Below are positions 9,625 through 18,551 of a stretch of DNA of 50,158 nucleotides, piece by piece (the stretch's first letter is position 1; each line of letters opens with the position of its first letter). The stretch comes from Patescibacteria group bacterium. Lineage in GTDB: Bacteria; Patescibacteriota; Kazan-3B-28. The notes beneath the pieces are model-generated. The model had not been told where the DNA came from. It did no database searches and saw only the letters and a list, made by a program, of their open reading frames with translations. The stretch lies in NCBI GenBank assembly GCA_041389145.1, contig JAWKSK010000004.1, forward strand, positions 1 through 50,158, given 5' to 3'. Made by a program: the position numbers and the translations under genes.

Positions 9625-9648
9625 AAAGCGGACCCTAGGGTCCGCTTT
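9625..9648. terminator. bidirectional hairpin terminator
   Basis: Perfect 11-bp palindrome aaagcggaccc-ta-gggtccgcttt flanked by A/T runs, downstream of the 9705..10028 gene. Confidence 0.6.
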
Positions 9649-9704
9649 CTCTATCAAATATCCTGCCCCACCAAGAAATAATTGGTCACGATTACATATT
9701 GTAT

Positions 9705-10028
9705 CTAATCTCCTTGCTGACGACGTAAATTGTAAATCTTCGTGTCAATTTCATAAGCCTCATCAAGCAATTTCTCTCCCTCTCTTTCATTCCCAGCTAA
9801 TTTCTTGTGATGGGCCTCATGCAACAGATTCTGTTTTATTCGTTTTAATTCATTGATCTCCATTCCCTCATCCTTCATCCCCTGCTCATCGTTAAAGAGA
9901 TCTTCTTCATCCTCATTTGCCTCACGAGTAGACCGTTCTTGTTCAAATGATTGTTTGAATTCCTCAATATTCAAATTCTCCCACGAAGGGTCTTCTGGTT
10001 GCGGATTATGTTCAAATGGTCTTTCCAT
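9705..10028 (-). CDS. acidic hypothetical protein
   Basis: 107-aa ORF, E/D-rich, no TM. Confidence 0.4.
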   Translation of the reverse strand: MERPFEHNPQPEDPSWENLNIEEFKQSFEQERSTREANEDEEDLFNDEQGMKDEGMEINELKRIKQNLLHEAHHKKLAGNEREGEKLLDEAYEIDTKIYNLRRQQGD

Positions 10029-10145
10029 ATCAACCTTATTCTTGTTAATTTATTGAGACAATCTAGTACTATCGCTTCCAGCAAGCCAAGCCCATAAAGT
10101 TTCTTTTGACCTGCTTAGCTACCCTTAGTGTATGAAATTCGAACC

Positions 10146-10943
10146 CTATTTGCCAGACAAGAACTCAACCCTATCTAGCCAAAAAGGGTGAGTAGCCAGG
10201 TATTTAACAACAAATGTCTTTTTTCTAGAAAAATTATATCCCTGAGAAATCGCATCTTCAATCATCTTCCTCAATCCAATTGCCAAATCTTTAGGATTGT
10301 CCAAATGCTTTGCAGCATACTTATCTGCTCTTACCTCCTTTGCCCTAGAGTAGATTAAATACAACAATACCCCTGGCACACAAAGTCCAAGCGCGATCAA
10401 CAAGGCCACAGATAATGAGTTACCAATCCAAACTGAAAAGCTAGCGATCGAATTAGCGATTAATAATGCCAGCATCGTTCCCCAGGTTGCATCGTTGTAA
10501 TGATGATGAGCCAGTTCATGCATCATTACTGCCTTGACCTCCTCCTCATTCAAAATCTCTAATGTTTTAGAGTTAAACACCGTAACCTTCTGATTACCCA
10601 ACCCATTAGCAAATGCATTGCACTTATTATCCTTTCTTACATAAACCGGAATTGAAGAATTGAAAAGAAAATGGTCAGTCGCAACCGGCGACAACTTACC
10701 AAACAACAATGCGAACCTTCTCACGAAAAACAGAACTACGATACCAACCAACACGGAACCCAAACCAACCCATAAGTCGTAAAGGTAGAAATCCAACACT
10801 GTAATAGTTATCGTAACGACTGCACACAAAATGAACCCCATTACAAAGGTATATTCTGTCGGATATCTCTTTCTAAAATTATTCATCTCGAGATTAGACC
10901 ACCAATTCTTCATTAAACAATTTACCCAATAAGTTATCATCAT
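10146..10943 (-). CDS. M48-family (HtpX-like) zinc metallopeptidase
   Basis: HELAHHH (HExxH) between TM helices. The likely true start is the ATG at 10886, which removes the overlap with the upstream NUDIX gene. Confidence 0.7.
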   Translation of the reverse strand: MMITYWVNCLMKNWWSNLEMNNFRKRYPTEYTFVMGFILCAVVTITITVLDFYLYDLWVGLGSVLVGIVVLFFVRRFALLFGKLSPVATDHFLFNSSIPVYVRKDNKCNAFANGLGNQKVTVFNSKTLEILNEEEVKAVMMHELAHHHYNDATWGTMLALLIANSIASFSVWIGNSLSVALLIALGLCVPGVLLYLIYSRAKEVRADKYAAKHLDNPKDLAIGLRKMIEDAISQGYNFSRKKTFVVKYLATHPFWLDRVEFLSGK

Positions 10944-11286
10944 TCACAAAATGTGTGAATTTAGGCAACTCCTCCTTGTTAAAAAATCTATATCCAGTTA
11001 CCTCTTGATCAGGCTTAATTTCGCCTTCAAAGTCTACTAGATAGTAGTAGCTAGTCTGATCCTTATCGCTATGAGGATTATGGTAATCCATCTTTGTAAA
11101 GTATCTTGGATTACTAACCTCTATACCCAACTCCTCTTTAATCTCTCTTTTCAGAGCAGTCTCATGGTCTTCACCTTGATCTATCTTGCCACCAGGAGTC
11201 CAATAATAATCTGCATTATAACCAGTTACTAGCAGTAACTTGCCGTCTTTTATAATTAAACCCGCAACTCTATCTCTGTCCTTCAT
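10894..11286 (-). CDS. NUDIX hydrolase
   Basis: Nudix box GGKIDQGEDHETALKREIKEELG. Confidence 0.8.
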   Translation of the reverse strand: MKDRDRVAGLIIKDGKLLLVTGYNADYYWTPGGKIDQGEDHETALKREIKEELGIEVSNPRYFTKMDYHNPHSDKDQTSYYYLVDFEGEIKPDQEVTGYRFFNKEELPKFTHFVNDDNLLGKLFNEELVV

Positions 11287-11340
11287 ATAAAAATCATACC
11301 ATTATAAAAATAATCCGCCACAATAGCGGAATATTTTCAT

Positions 11341-11415
11341 TGGCTGGGCCGGCAGGATTCGAACCTACGCATGACCGGACCAAAACCGGTTGCCTTACCA
11401 CTTGGCTACGGCCCA
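11341..11415 (-). tRNA. tRNA-Gln (anticodon UUG)
   Basis: Hand-folded cloverleaf on the minus strand: acceptor TGGGCCG/CGGCCCA, anticodon stem ACCGG/CCGGT with loop TTTTGGT, T-arm GTAGG-TTCGAAT-CCTGC, encoded CCA. Confidence 0.85.
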
Positions 11416-11470
11416 TTGAATTAAATTATACCAATATATGAGATTACCTTACTAATCACTATTCATCAAT

Positions 11471-11497
11471 AAAAATTGGGGTGCCGCAGCACCCCAA
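11471..11497 (-). terminator. intrinsic terminator of cassette B
   Basis: Stem ttggggtgc/gcaccccaa (11476..11484 with 11489..11497), then TTTTT on the minus strand. Confidence 0.75.
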
Positions 11498-11508
11498 CAG
11501 GTTCATCT

Positions 11509-12402
11509 TTACCTCTTAGGTATTCTCCCCCTCAAATATTCAGGATTCATCGGGTTGATGGACACCCTATCATCTGTACACCCGAATGGATCGAGTTCAT
11601 GCAGATTGATAACGGCCACCAGCGAACTGATCAGACCGAGGTTCATAGTCACCAGAAGCTGATTACTATCCGAAATGAGGCCCATCAGATCCACATTAAA
11701 GAGCCTACGGCTCTCATCAGAGCTCCTCGGATCCAGGTACACCTCTTCACCATAGTGATGGTCTCCTGTAAATCGGTCAAACACCAGAATGGCATCATAA
11801 CCCATCTGAACCATGTAATGACCGTTTACAAGTAGGCACATACCCCAATCAAGACTAGTACAGACACCTGGCATTACACCCACCGTGATATCAAATGGCA
11901 GGACCCTTACGTCCTCTTCATATGCCACCACGAGATGGAAGTAGGACCGTCCAGTTGGAGCATGACAGACGAACGCACCAAGAATGGTCCAGTCTCGTCG
12001 GCATTTCTCCCTGTATTCCTCGCAATCATCCTGGATGTTCAGGCTTTTCAGCCAGAGATCGGGATCGATTGATACCGACCGTTCCCCTGATGCAGGCAGA
12101 TAGGGCTCAAGCACACCAATCCCAGAGTTTTCACCCTTGCGGATGTCATCCCTCAGACGGTGGTGGTCTTCATAGTCCCAATCAAACTCCTGGCTCAGAA
12201 GCGTGATGGATCCATTCAGGTGAAAGCCGTAAGCTTTCCGACGTGCACCCGTAGATGAACACTCCAGCTCCACTTCGAGCGGATTGTATCCAAATACCGG
12301 TTTTCCGATGATCATTGCTTTTTTCACATTGACCATTCTCATAGCAGTAACTTCTCGCTTCAAACCCACAGATAGCTCCACACCATCCTCCTTGTATTTC
12401 AA
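11509..12402 (-). CDS. hypothetical protein, no recognisable family (GC-richer cassette B)
   Basis: 297-aa ORF from a TTG. The in-frame GTG at 12381 lies 5 nt after AAGGAGG (12393..12387) and is the more likely start. Antisense shadow ORFs are typical of GC-rich DNA. Confidence 0.55.
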   Translation of the reverse strand: MKYKEDGVELSVGLKREVTAMRMVNVKKAMIIGKPVFGYNPLEVELECSSTGARRKAYGFHLNGSITLLSQEFDWDYEDHHRLRDDIRKGENSGIGVLEPYLPASGERSVSIDPDLWLKSLNIQDDCEEYREKCRRDWTILGAFVCHAPTGRSYFHLVVAYEEDVRVLPFDITVGVMPGVCTSLDWGMCLLVNGHYMVQMGYDAILVFDRFTGDHHYGEEVYLDPRSSDESRRLFNVDLMGLISDSNQLLVTMNLGLISSLVAVINLHELDPFGCTDDRVSINPMNPEYLRGRIPKR

Positions 12403-12415
12403 GATGCTGCCACCA

Positions 12416-12444
12416 ATCTAATGTCAAAGTAGGGGACTAGTCAA
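12416..12444 (-). promoter_or_regulatory. sigma70-type promoter of cassette B
   Basis: Minus strand TTGACT (12444..12439), 17-nt spacer, TTAGAT (12421..12416). Confidence 0.45.
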
Positions 12445-12464
12445 CAAATATAAATATTATTTTA

Positions 12465-12493
12465 TTGACACAGAGTACAATATTTAATAATAT
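12465..12493 (+). promoter_or_regulatory. promoter of the arsR/sdpR-sdpI operon
   Basis: TTGACA (12465..12470), 17-nt spacer, TAATAT (12488..12493). Confidence 0.6.
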
Positions 12494-12521
12494 TTAGACA
12501 GTTGGCTAAATATCTAAATAT
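12479..12521. promoter_or_regulatory. four-half-site operator (probable ArsR/SdpR autoregulation site)
   Basis: ATATTTAA, ATATTTAG, 8-nt spacer, CTAAATAT, CTAAATAT. Overlaps the -10 box, the predicted TSS and the ATG at 12520. Confidence 0.5.
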
Positions 12522-12789
12522 GTCTATATCCGATGTCAGTCTCGCATTTAAGGCTTTAAGTGATCCTACTCGTAGGGAAATCTTAAAAAAACTTAAATCA
12601 AAAGACCTTACCCCTTCTGAGTTAGGTACCCACTTCCATATCTCTGGTCCATCCCTTTCTCATCATCTAAGCCTCTTAAAGCAAGCCAATCTGATAGACA
12701 GCCGTAAGGAAGGCCAAAAGATTATCTATTCCTTAAACGCCACCGTTTTCTACGATATTATCAATCAATTTTTAGAAGGGTTTAAATAA
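12502..12789 (+). CDS. ArsR/SmtB-family (SdpR-like) transcriptional repressor
   Basis: wHTH pattern LSDPTRREILKKL...ELGTHFHISGPSLSHHLSLLKQANLI. The ATG at 12520 is a likely alternative start. Confidence 0.8.
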   Translation: MAKYLNMSISDVSLAFKALSDPTRREILKKLKSKDLTPSELGTHFHISGPSLSHHLSLLKQANLIDSRKEGQKIIYSLNATVFYDIINQFLEGFK

Positions 12790-12790
12790 T

Positions 12791-13444
12791 ATGAAATACT
12801 TCACTCCTAAAACAGAATGGTTTAGCTGGCTAGTCTTAGCCATTGCCGTAGGTTCTGCCTACTACTTCAAAGACCTCCTACCAGAACAAGTTCCAGCTCA
12901 CTGGAACGCAATTGGTGAAATCGATAGATATGCTAGCCCTACCGAACACACCTGGACCTTCTTGGGTATTATCTTTGGCATGTATCTGCTATTTATTGCA
13001 ATTCCATATTTAGAACCTCGCAAGGAACACTTACAAAAATCCATTGGTTTTCTACATATGTTAAAAAACTACATGCTACTATTCTTCACGAGCATGTTTG
13101 TCTACATCTCTTACATCGCTACCACTACCAATCAATTCGATATCACTGCCTACATTACCATTGGAGTTGGAATTCTCTTCATTCTTATTGGTAACTACCT
13201 AACCCAAGTTAAATCCAACTTCTTAATGGGGATTAGAACCCCTTGGACTCTTTCCTCAGACGATAACTGGACTAAAACTCACCGCCTTGGAGGTATCACA
13301 TTTATCCTAGCTGGAATCTTATTCATGACTACCAATTGGCTTCCAACTTCTATTGCTTTCTTTGTCCCAATTCTGGGTGTAGTTCTTGCAGCCTTAATCC
13401 CAATTGGATACTCATACTGGCTCTACACTAAATCAAGATCATAA
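12791..13444 (+). CDS. SdpI-family membrane protein (DUF1648 + SdpI-like)
   Basis: Multi-TM. VPAHWNAIGEIDRY near the N-terminus and IRTPWTLSSDDNWTKTHRLGG, as in SdpI-type immunity proteins. Coupled to the upstream ArsR gene. Confidence 0.65.
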   Translation: MKYFTPKTEWFSWLVLAIAVGSAYYFKDLLPEQVPAHWNAIGEIDRYASPTEHTWTFLGIIFGMYLLFIAIPYLEPRKEHLQKSIGFLHMLKNYMLLFFTSMFVYISYIATTTNQFDITAYITIGVGILFILIGNYLTQVKSNFLMGIRTPWTLSSDDNWTKTHRLGGITFILAGILFMTTNWLPTSIAFFVPILGVVLAALIPIGYSYWLYTKSRS

Positions 13445-13450
13445 TTAAAA

Positions 13451-13487
13451 TTAGAGCGATGAAACCAAGGGTTTGCATTCGCTCTAA
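13451..13487. terminator. bidirectional hairpin terminator
   Basis: Outer stem ttagagcga/tcgctctaa with inner stem aaacc/ggttt, between convergent genes. Confidence 0.55.
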
Positions 13488-13504
13488 TGTATTTGACAAT
13501 CGAC

Positions 13505-14023
13505 CTAGCCTACACATATCTCTATGTCGGTCATAAATCGATCAGATAATGTGATCACGGGATGAGTTCCTGTGCTCTTCAACACAGTACCCTTGCATTC
13601 GATTCTTGATCCAAAGCTTGTAAGGCAAGATCCCTTGGATATATGAATATCCAATAGATAAAGCATCACCTCCATTAAAGTCATATTATCAACCTGACCA
13701 ACACACCCTTCCCCCAAGAAACTTCCTACTGCTAGACAATACGATCCCCCGCGAAATGGATTGCGAAAGTCCTGATCCAGATCAATCTCATCTACCAAAT
13801 TCACGACGTGCGAATAGGTATGAAGCACTGAACTTAAAGCATGAAGCACAGAAGTATAAGTCAGATGCTGAGTGAGTATAATTACTCTCTCCTTCTCCTC
13901 ATCTCCACCCAACCACAGATTGAATGCATCGAACTCAGGTAGAAGGTGTGAAAAGAATCGACAGTACAAACCTCGCATTCTCTCTTTCTGCATTTGCGCA
14001 TGCAAATAATCAAATGGATCCAT
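13505..14023 (-). CDS. hypothetical protein, no recognisable family
   Basis: 172-aa ORF with SD AGGAGGG 6 nt before the ATG. Monocistronic between two terminator/promoter regions. Confidence 0.45.
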   Translation of the reverse strand: MDPFDYLHAQMQKERMRGLYCRFFSHLLPEFDAFNLWLGGDEEKERVIILTQHLTYTSVLHALSSVLHTYSHVVNLVDEIDLDQDFRNPFRGGSYCLAVGSFLGEGCVGQVDNMTLMEVMLYLLDIHISKGSCLTSFGSRIECKGTVLKSTGTHPVITLSDRFMTDIEICVG

Positions 14024-14087
14024 GTGATCCCTCCTATGAAGTTACAACGATAGAAGAAGCTTATATCAGGAGTTCTCTTAAATCAAC

Positions 14088-14507
14088 CTATTTAACCCTA
14101 AGTCGCCACATTGCAACAGCAACCACCAAGAAAGCAAATGCAGATAATAGTGGCAACGTAATAAACCCAAGCCACATGTGATCAAGAATTGCACACGATA
14201 CTGCCTCAACTCCACAAGTTCCGCTTGGCACTACCACTCCCAATTGCAGTAGATAGTGATAAATTCCTATCGACATTCCAATTAAAGACATTGGTAGTAC
14301 GTATTGTGCTACAGCTTTATCCTGCTTAACCCCTGCAATAAATAAAATCAATACCAACGGATACATTAATATTCTTTGATACCAGCACAGCTCACACGGC
14401 ACCCAACCCCAGACATTACTCGCCTGCAAACTTCCAGCCATAGCCAGCAAAGCAGCAATAAAAGCTACCCAGATCCAGTTCTCTTGTCTTAAGATTTCTT
14501 TCTTCAT
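14088..14507 (-). CDS. disulfide bond formation protein B (DsbB/BdbC family)
   Basis: Four TM helices and the CELCWYQRILMYP motif. Its ATG overlaps the cysS TGA (ATGA). Confidence 0.7.
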   Translation of the reverse strand: MKKEILRQENWIWVAFIAALLAMAGSLQASNVWGWVPCELCWYQRILMYPLVLILFIAGVKQDKAVAQYVLPMSLIGMSIGIYHYLLQLGVVVPSGTCGVEAVSCAILDHMWLGFITLPLLSAFAFLVVAVAMWRLRVK

Positions 14508-15877
14508 TGCCGTTTAAATAATTGGTATCCATTAGGTGTATCACTTATGTCATACCCCTTTTTATTAATTTCGTCACGTATTCTGTCAGACTCTGCCCAT
14601 TCCTTATTTGCTCTAGCCTGTTCTCTTTTTTCTGCCAACTCTAAAACTGTCTTATCTACTTTGGCTGGCTTCCACTTATCCAAACCCAGCCCTAAGACCT
14701 GATCCATGTCTAATAAGGTAGCTTGGACATCTGCCACATCTGCTTTAGACTTCACCATTTCCCAAACTACAGCTAGTCCTTCAGCCGTGTTTAAATCATC
14801 ACTAACAGCAGTTTTAAACTTCTTCTGATACTTCTCAATTACCTTTCCACCCTTCAATCTTGGCGCCATCACTGCCCGAAGCTTGTTCAAAGCAGTTTGT
14901 GCAGCTTCTAATCCATCTTCTGTAAAATTCAATCGATTCCGATACTGACTAGTAAGCACTAAATACCTAAAAGCCAACGGCTCAAAGCCTTGAGCCGTTA
15001 AATCGGCAAGCAAGGCTACATTCCCAAGACTCTTAGACATCTTGGTATCTTTCATCAACAAATGTTCACCATGAATCCAATAGTTAGCCAGCGGCTTACC
15101 ATATGCTGCCTCACTCTGAGCAATCTCATTATTGTGATGAGTAGTCACATGATCTATTCCCCCAGCATGAATATCGAATGGCTGTCCCAGCTCTTCTGTA
15201 GAAATTGCAGAACATTCTAAATGCCATCCTGGAAAACCCATCTTCTTATGATCTACTGGTGATTTCCATTCCTGTAATCTAGGACCAATGGAAAACTTCC
15301 ATAAGGCAAAATCAAAAGGATGTTTCTTGTCTGGATCTACCCCAGTTCTACTCTGCATCTCTTCTGGATCTCTTTTATTCAAACCTCCTAGTTTTCCATA
15401 CTTACCAAACTTTTGTGTATCAAAATAGATTCCATCTTCAGTTTCGTAGGCATATTTCTTACTAAAAATTCTCTCAACTAATTTCTTTTGTTCCGGAATG
15501 TATTTAGTAGCCCACGCAAACTTAGAAGGCATTAAAATATTTAAAGCCTTCATGTCTGTTTTAAACTCATCAAAATACTTCTTGGTAACATCAGAAGCTT
15601 TAACCCCCTTACTCTTAGCAGATTCTTCTACCTTATCTGCTCCAATATCTCCATCCCCTGTTAAATGACCTACATCGGTAACGTTAATAATATGCTTTAC
15701 CGTATATCCGTTGTATTCCAACACTCTTCGTAAGATATCTTCAAACAGATAACTTCTCATATTTCCAATATGAGGTGATTGATACACCGTTGGACCACAG
15801 GCATATAACGAAACTTTGCCACTTCGAAGTGGCTTAAATACCTGTTTCTTACTAGTTAGCGTATTAAATAGCTTCAT
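14504..15877 (-). CDS. cysS: cysteine--tRNA ligase
   Basis: HIGN and KMSKS class-I signatures. Typical length of 457 aa. Confidence 0.92.
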   Translation of the reverse strand: MKLFNTLTSKKQVFKPLRSGKVSLYACGPTVYQSPHIGNMRSYLFEDILRRVLEYNGYTVKHIINVTDVGHLTGDGDIGADKVEESAKSKGVKASDVTKKYFDEFKTDMKALNILMPSKFAWATKYIPEQKKLVERIFSKKYAYETEDGIYFDTQKFGKYGKLGGLNKRDPEEMQSRTGVDPDKKHPFDFALWKFSIGPRLQEWKSPVDHKKMGFPGWHLECSAISTEELGQPFDIHAGGIDHVTTHHNNEIAQSEAAYGKPLANYWIHGEHLLMKDTKMSKSLGNVALLADLTAQGFEPLAFRYLVLTSQYRNRLNFTEDGLEAAQTALNKLRAVMAPRLKGGKVIEKYQKKFKTAVSDDLNTAEGLAVVWEMVKSKADVADVQATLLDMDQVLGLGLDKWKPAKVDKTVLELAEKREQARANKEWAESDRIRDEINKKGYDISDTPNGYQLFKRQ

Positions 15878-16812
15878 GATGAATCTGCAACTGCCACCAC
15901 CGGTTCTTCCGATTCTGAAAATATCCCACCATCTACTAACAGTGCTCCAATTAAGACAATGATTCCTCCGATAATATTGGCACTGGATAATCTTTCACCT
16001 AAGAAGATTACCGACAGAATTGCCACCTGTACAATCATCGTATTGGCCAGTACCGATACCTCAATTACTCGCAACTTATCCAACACCTGATTCCACAATA
16101 CACTAGCCCAGGCATAGATGATTCCAATTACCGCTAACATTCCCCAGACCCATAACGGCAAGCCTGCTAATGATCCCAACTGTCCAGTTAGCGCTGCTAC
16201 TGGAATCAATACAGATGCCCCCACTACATTACCCACCAAACTCATAGTAGTGGATACATCTTCTGGCTGACTCACGGAGATAAGTCGGGCCATCACATTA
16301 CCAAACGCAAATGCCATTTCTGCCACTAACAAAAGTCCAATTCCCAACCAATGTCCGGATAAGAAATCTTGAGCCAAGAAGATGTAGGCACCCATTAATA
16401 CAATCATCACACCTACCCCTTGTAACCATTTCACTCTTTCACCCAAGAACAGCAGGGCCAATAAGAAACCAAAGATAGAGGTGGTAGTAGCTACCAAACC
16501 AGCCATTGAACCTGTCACATACTGCAACCCTACTGCGATGAATAAGTTAGCTCCAGCAAAGGTCACCACCCCTGAGATGATCATAATCATCAGCTCCTGA
16601 TATGAAGGCTTAAACTGAGTTTTTTTAGTACTAGCCCATTTCCTTCTGGCAATTAGCACTAAGGCAGAAAATGTCTGCACTATTGCAGCTAAGGCAAATG
16701 GTGATACTTCAGCCAACCCAAACTTAATCGCAATCTTTGCAGCTGACCAAAAGAAGACCACTAATAGGCCCTGTCCCAATATCCCCAATTTCCAAGTTAA
16801 AGTTTGGTTCAT
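15874..16812 (-). CDS. EamA/DMT-family transporter
   Basis: Ten predicted TM helices in two EamA-like halves. Confidence 0.75.
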   Translation of the reverse strand: MNQTLTWKLGILGQGLLVVFFWSAAKIAIKFGLAEVSPFALAAIVQTFSALVLIARRKWASTKKTQFKPSYQELMIMIISGVVTFAGANLFIAVGLQYVTGSMAGLVATTTSIFGFLLALLFLGERVKWLQGVGVMIVLMGAYIFLAQDFLSGHWLGIGLLLVAEMAFAFGNVMARLISVSQPEDVSTTMSLVGNVVGASVLIPVAALTGQLGSLAGLPLWVWGMLAVIGIIYAWASVLWNQVLDKLRVIEVSVLANTMIVQVAILSVIFLGERLSSANIIGGIIVLIGALLVDGGIFSESEEPVVAVADSS

Positions 16813-17415
16813 TTATACCATCTGATTACGCCCCTCTAACGCTCTGGTTAGAGTCAGCTCATCTGCATATTCCAGATCTCCGCCCATCGGCAACCCTCTG
16901 GCTAATCTAGATATCTTTCTATTAAGTGGTGACAATCTTTTTACCAAGTAGCTAGCCGTAGCTTCACCTTCTACATCCGGATTGGTTGCCACTATTATCT
17001 CCATAATACCCTCATTCCCGGCTACTCGGCTAATTAAGCTATCAATTTCCAAATCATCTGGACCCACTCCATCCAATGGAGATATCTGTCCTCCTAATAC
17101 ATGATACTTTCCTCTAAACCCAGCTCGTTCTAATGCTAGTACATCCAAAGGCTCTTCTACCACACAAATAGCACCTTCATCACGTGCTCGATCGCTACAC
17201 ACCACACATGGATTAACATCTGTTAGATTGTGGCATATCTCACACTTACTCAAACTGGCTCGTAGGTTTACCAACGATGAAGCCAGCCCATCTATATCGA
17301 TGTGCCGACTATTCACCAAGTAAAACGCCAGCCTTGATGCAGTTTTCGGGCCTACTCCCGGAAGCTGTCCCAGCCTGGTTGCCAAATCATTAATTGATTT
17401 AGGCAATTGATACAT
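16813..17415 (-). CDS. recR: recombination protein RecR
   Basis: HhH N-terminus (LPGVGPKTASRLAF), C4 zinc finger (CEICHNL...CVVC) and Toprim domain. Confidence 0.92.
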   Translation of the reverse strand: MYQLPKSINDLATRLGQLPGVGPKTASRLAFYLVNSRHIDIDGLASSLVNLRASLSKCEICHNLTDVNPCVVCSDRARDEGAICVVEEPLDVLALERAGFRGKYHVLGGQISPLDGVGPDDLEIDSLISRVAGNEGIMEIIVATNPDVEGEATASYLVKRLSPLNRKISRLARGLPMGGDLEYADELTLTRALEGRNQMV

Positions 17416-17418
17416 AAC

Positions 17419-17715
17419 CTACATTCCTAGACCCAAATCCCCAGCGATTGATTTCATCTTCTGAGCTGCAGCCTGCTGGGATTTAGTAATGGCAGATGCA
17501 GTTGCTTGCTTTAAGAAACGAATTAAACTTTCTTTTTCAGATGGATCCATCAATGAATCATCAATTACCATATCGGTAATCTTCTGTTCACCATTGACCA
17601 TTACCTTTACCTTGCCACCCAATTCCACTCCTTCAAACTCCATTGCTTTGAGTTCGTTTTGGATTCGCTTAGCTTCGGCTTGCAACTTAAATAATTGTTT
17701 TGCTTTATCAAACAT
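17419..17715 (-). CDS. ybaB: YbaB/EbfC nucleoid-associated protein
   Basis: 98 aa, characteristic sequence, directly upstream of recR. Confidence 0.85.
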   Translation of the reverse strand: MFDKAKQLFKLQAEAKRIQNELKAMEFEGVELGGKVKVMVNGEQKITDMVIDDSLMDPSEKESLIRFLKQATASAITKSQQAAAQKMKSIAGDLGLGM

Positions 17716-17719
17716 AGTT

Positions 17720-18469
17720 TTATTGCTTAGATACAGTGACTGAATTAATCACCAACTCTTCAGTTGGACGACTAACCTCACCTTGACCATTATCTTCTAC
17801 CTTAGTAGCTGCGATTGCATCTACTACATCCATTCCTTCTACTACTCGACCAAATACCGAGTAAGCAGCTGGAAGCTGAACATCTTCACCCTGAACGATA
17901 AAGAACTGGCTACCATTAGTATTTGGACCAGAGTTTGCCATTGCAATTACCCCTCTAGAATATGGCGCGTTCACATTCTCGTTTTCGAATGCATAACCAG
18001 GACCACCGGTACCATCATTAGCTGGATCTAAATCTCTAGAGTTTGGATCTCCACCCTGAATCATGAATCCATCAATTACGCGGTGGAACTTAGTACCATT
18101 ATAGAAATCCTTCTTAGCTAAAATCTCAAAGTTAGCAGATGTCTTTGGTGCATTTTCTACATCCAATTCAATCTTAATATCACCCTTATTAGTAGCTAAG
18201 GTCACAAACTTATTCTCACTTAACTCTGCGTATTTAATGGATCCAAATGGACCACTCACTACCTTGAACTGAGGAATAGATCTAAAGCCCATGATTGCCA
18301 AATACACAACCAATGCCAATACTCCGGCAGATGACAGTACGATACCTGTCCACTTAAAAATCTTTCTAATTCCTGCGGTAGCAATTAGCTGACGTTCCCG
18401 AATCTCATTAATAACTGCTTGGCGTTCAATTTCTTTGCGCTGTTTGCGCATCCGTGATCTTGTAGACAT
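17720..18469 (-). CDS. membrane-anchored cyclophilin-type peptidyl-prolyl isomerase
   Basis: FHRVIDGFMIQGGDP...GVIAMANSGPNTNGSQFFI motifs after an N-terminal TM. Confidence 0.88.
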   Translation of the reverse strand: MSTRSRMRKQRKEIERQAVINEIRERQLIATAGIRKIFKWTGIVLSSAGVLALVVYLAIMGFRSIPQFKVVSGPFGSIKYAELSENKFVTLATNKGDIKIELDVENAPKTSANFEILAKKDFYNGTKFHRVIDGFMIQGGDPNSRDLDPANDGTGGPGYAFENENVNAPYSRGVIAMANSGPNTNGSQFFIVQGEDVQLPAAYSVFGRVVEGMDVVDAIAATKVEDNGQGEVSRPTEELVINSVTVSKQ

Positions 18470-18551
18470 CTTCTATCTATTTATTATCTATTGTCGATTA
18501 AGAGAGACTGATTCATCTCAGTCACCCCCATTTACCCCATTACTTCCATTA

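Noticed and set aside
10125-10150. gaaattcgaaccc resembles the T-arm of a minus-strand tRNA, so it could be an att-type remnant of tRNA-Gln marking an island boundary.
   Set aside because: Only about 9 nt match the tRNA-Gln T-arm, there is no acceptor-stem match, and it overlaps the 3' end of the M48 peptidase CDS. It is probably chance.
11476-12427. Plus-strand ORFs 11476..11835 and 11895..12206, and minus-strand ORF 12182..12427, within cassette B.
   Set aside because: They are shadow frames. The first one starts inside the terminator hairpin.
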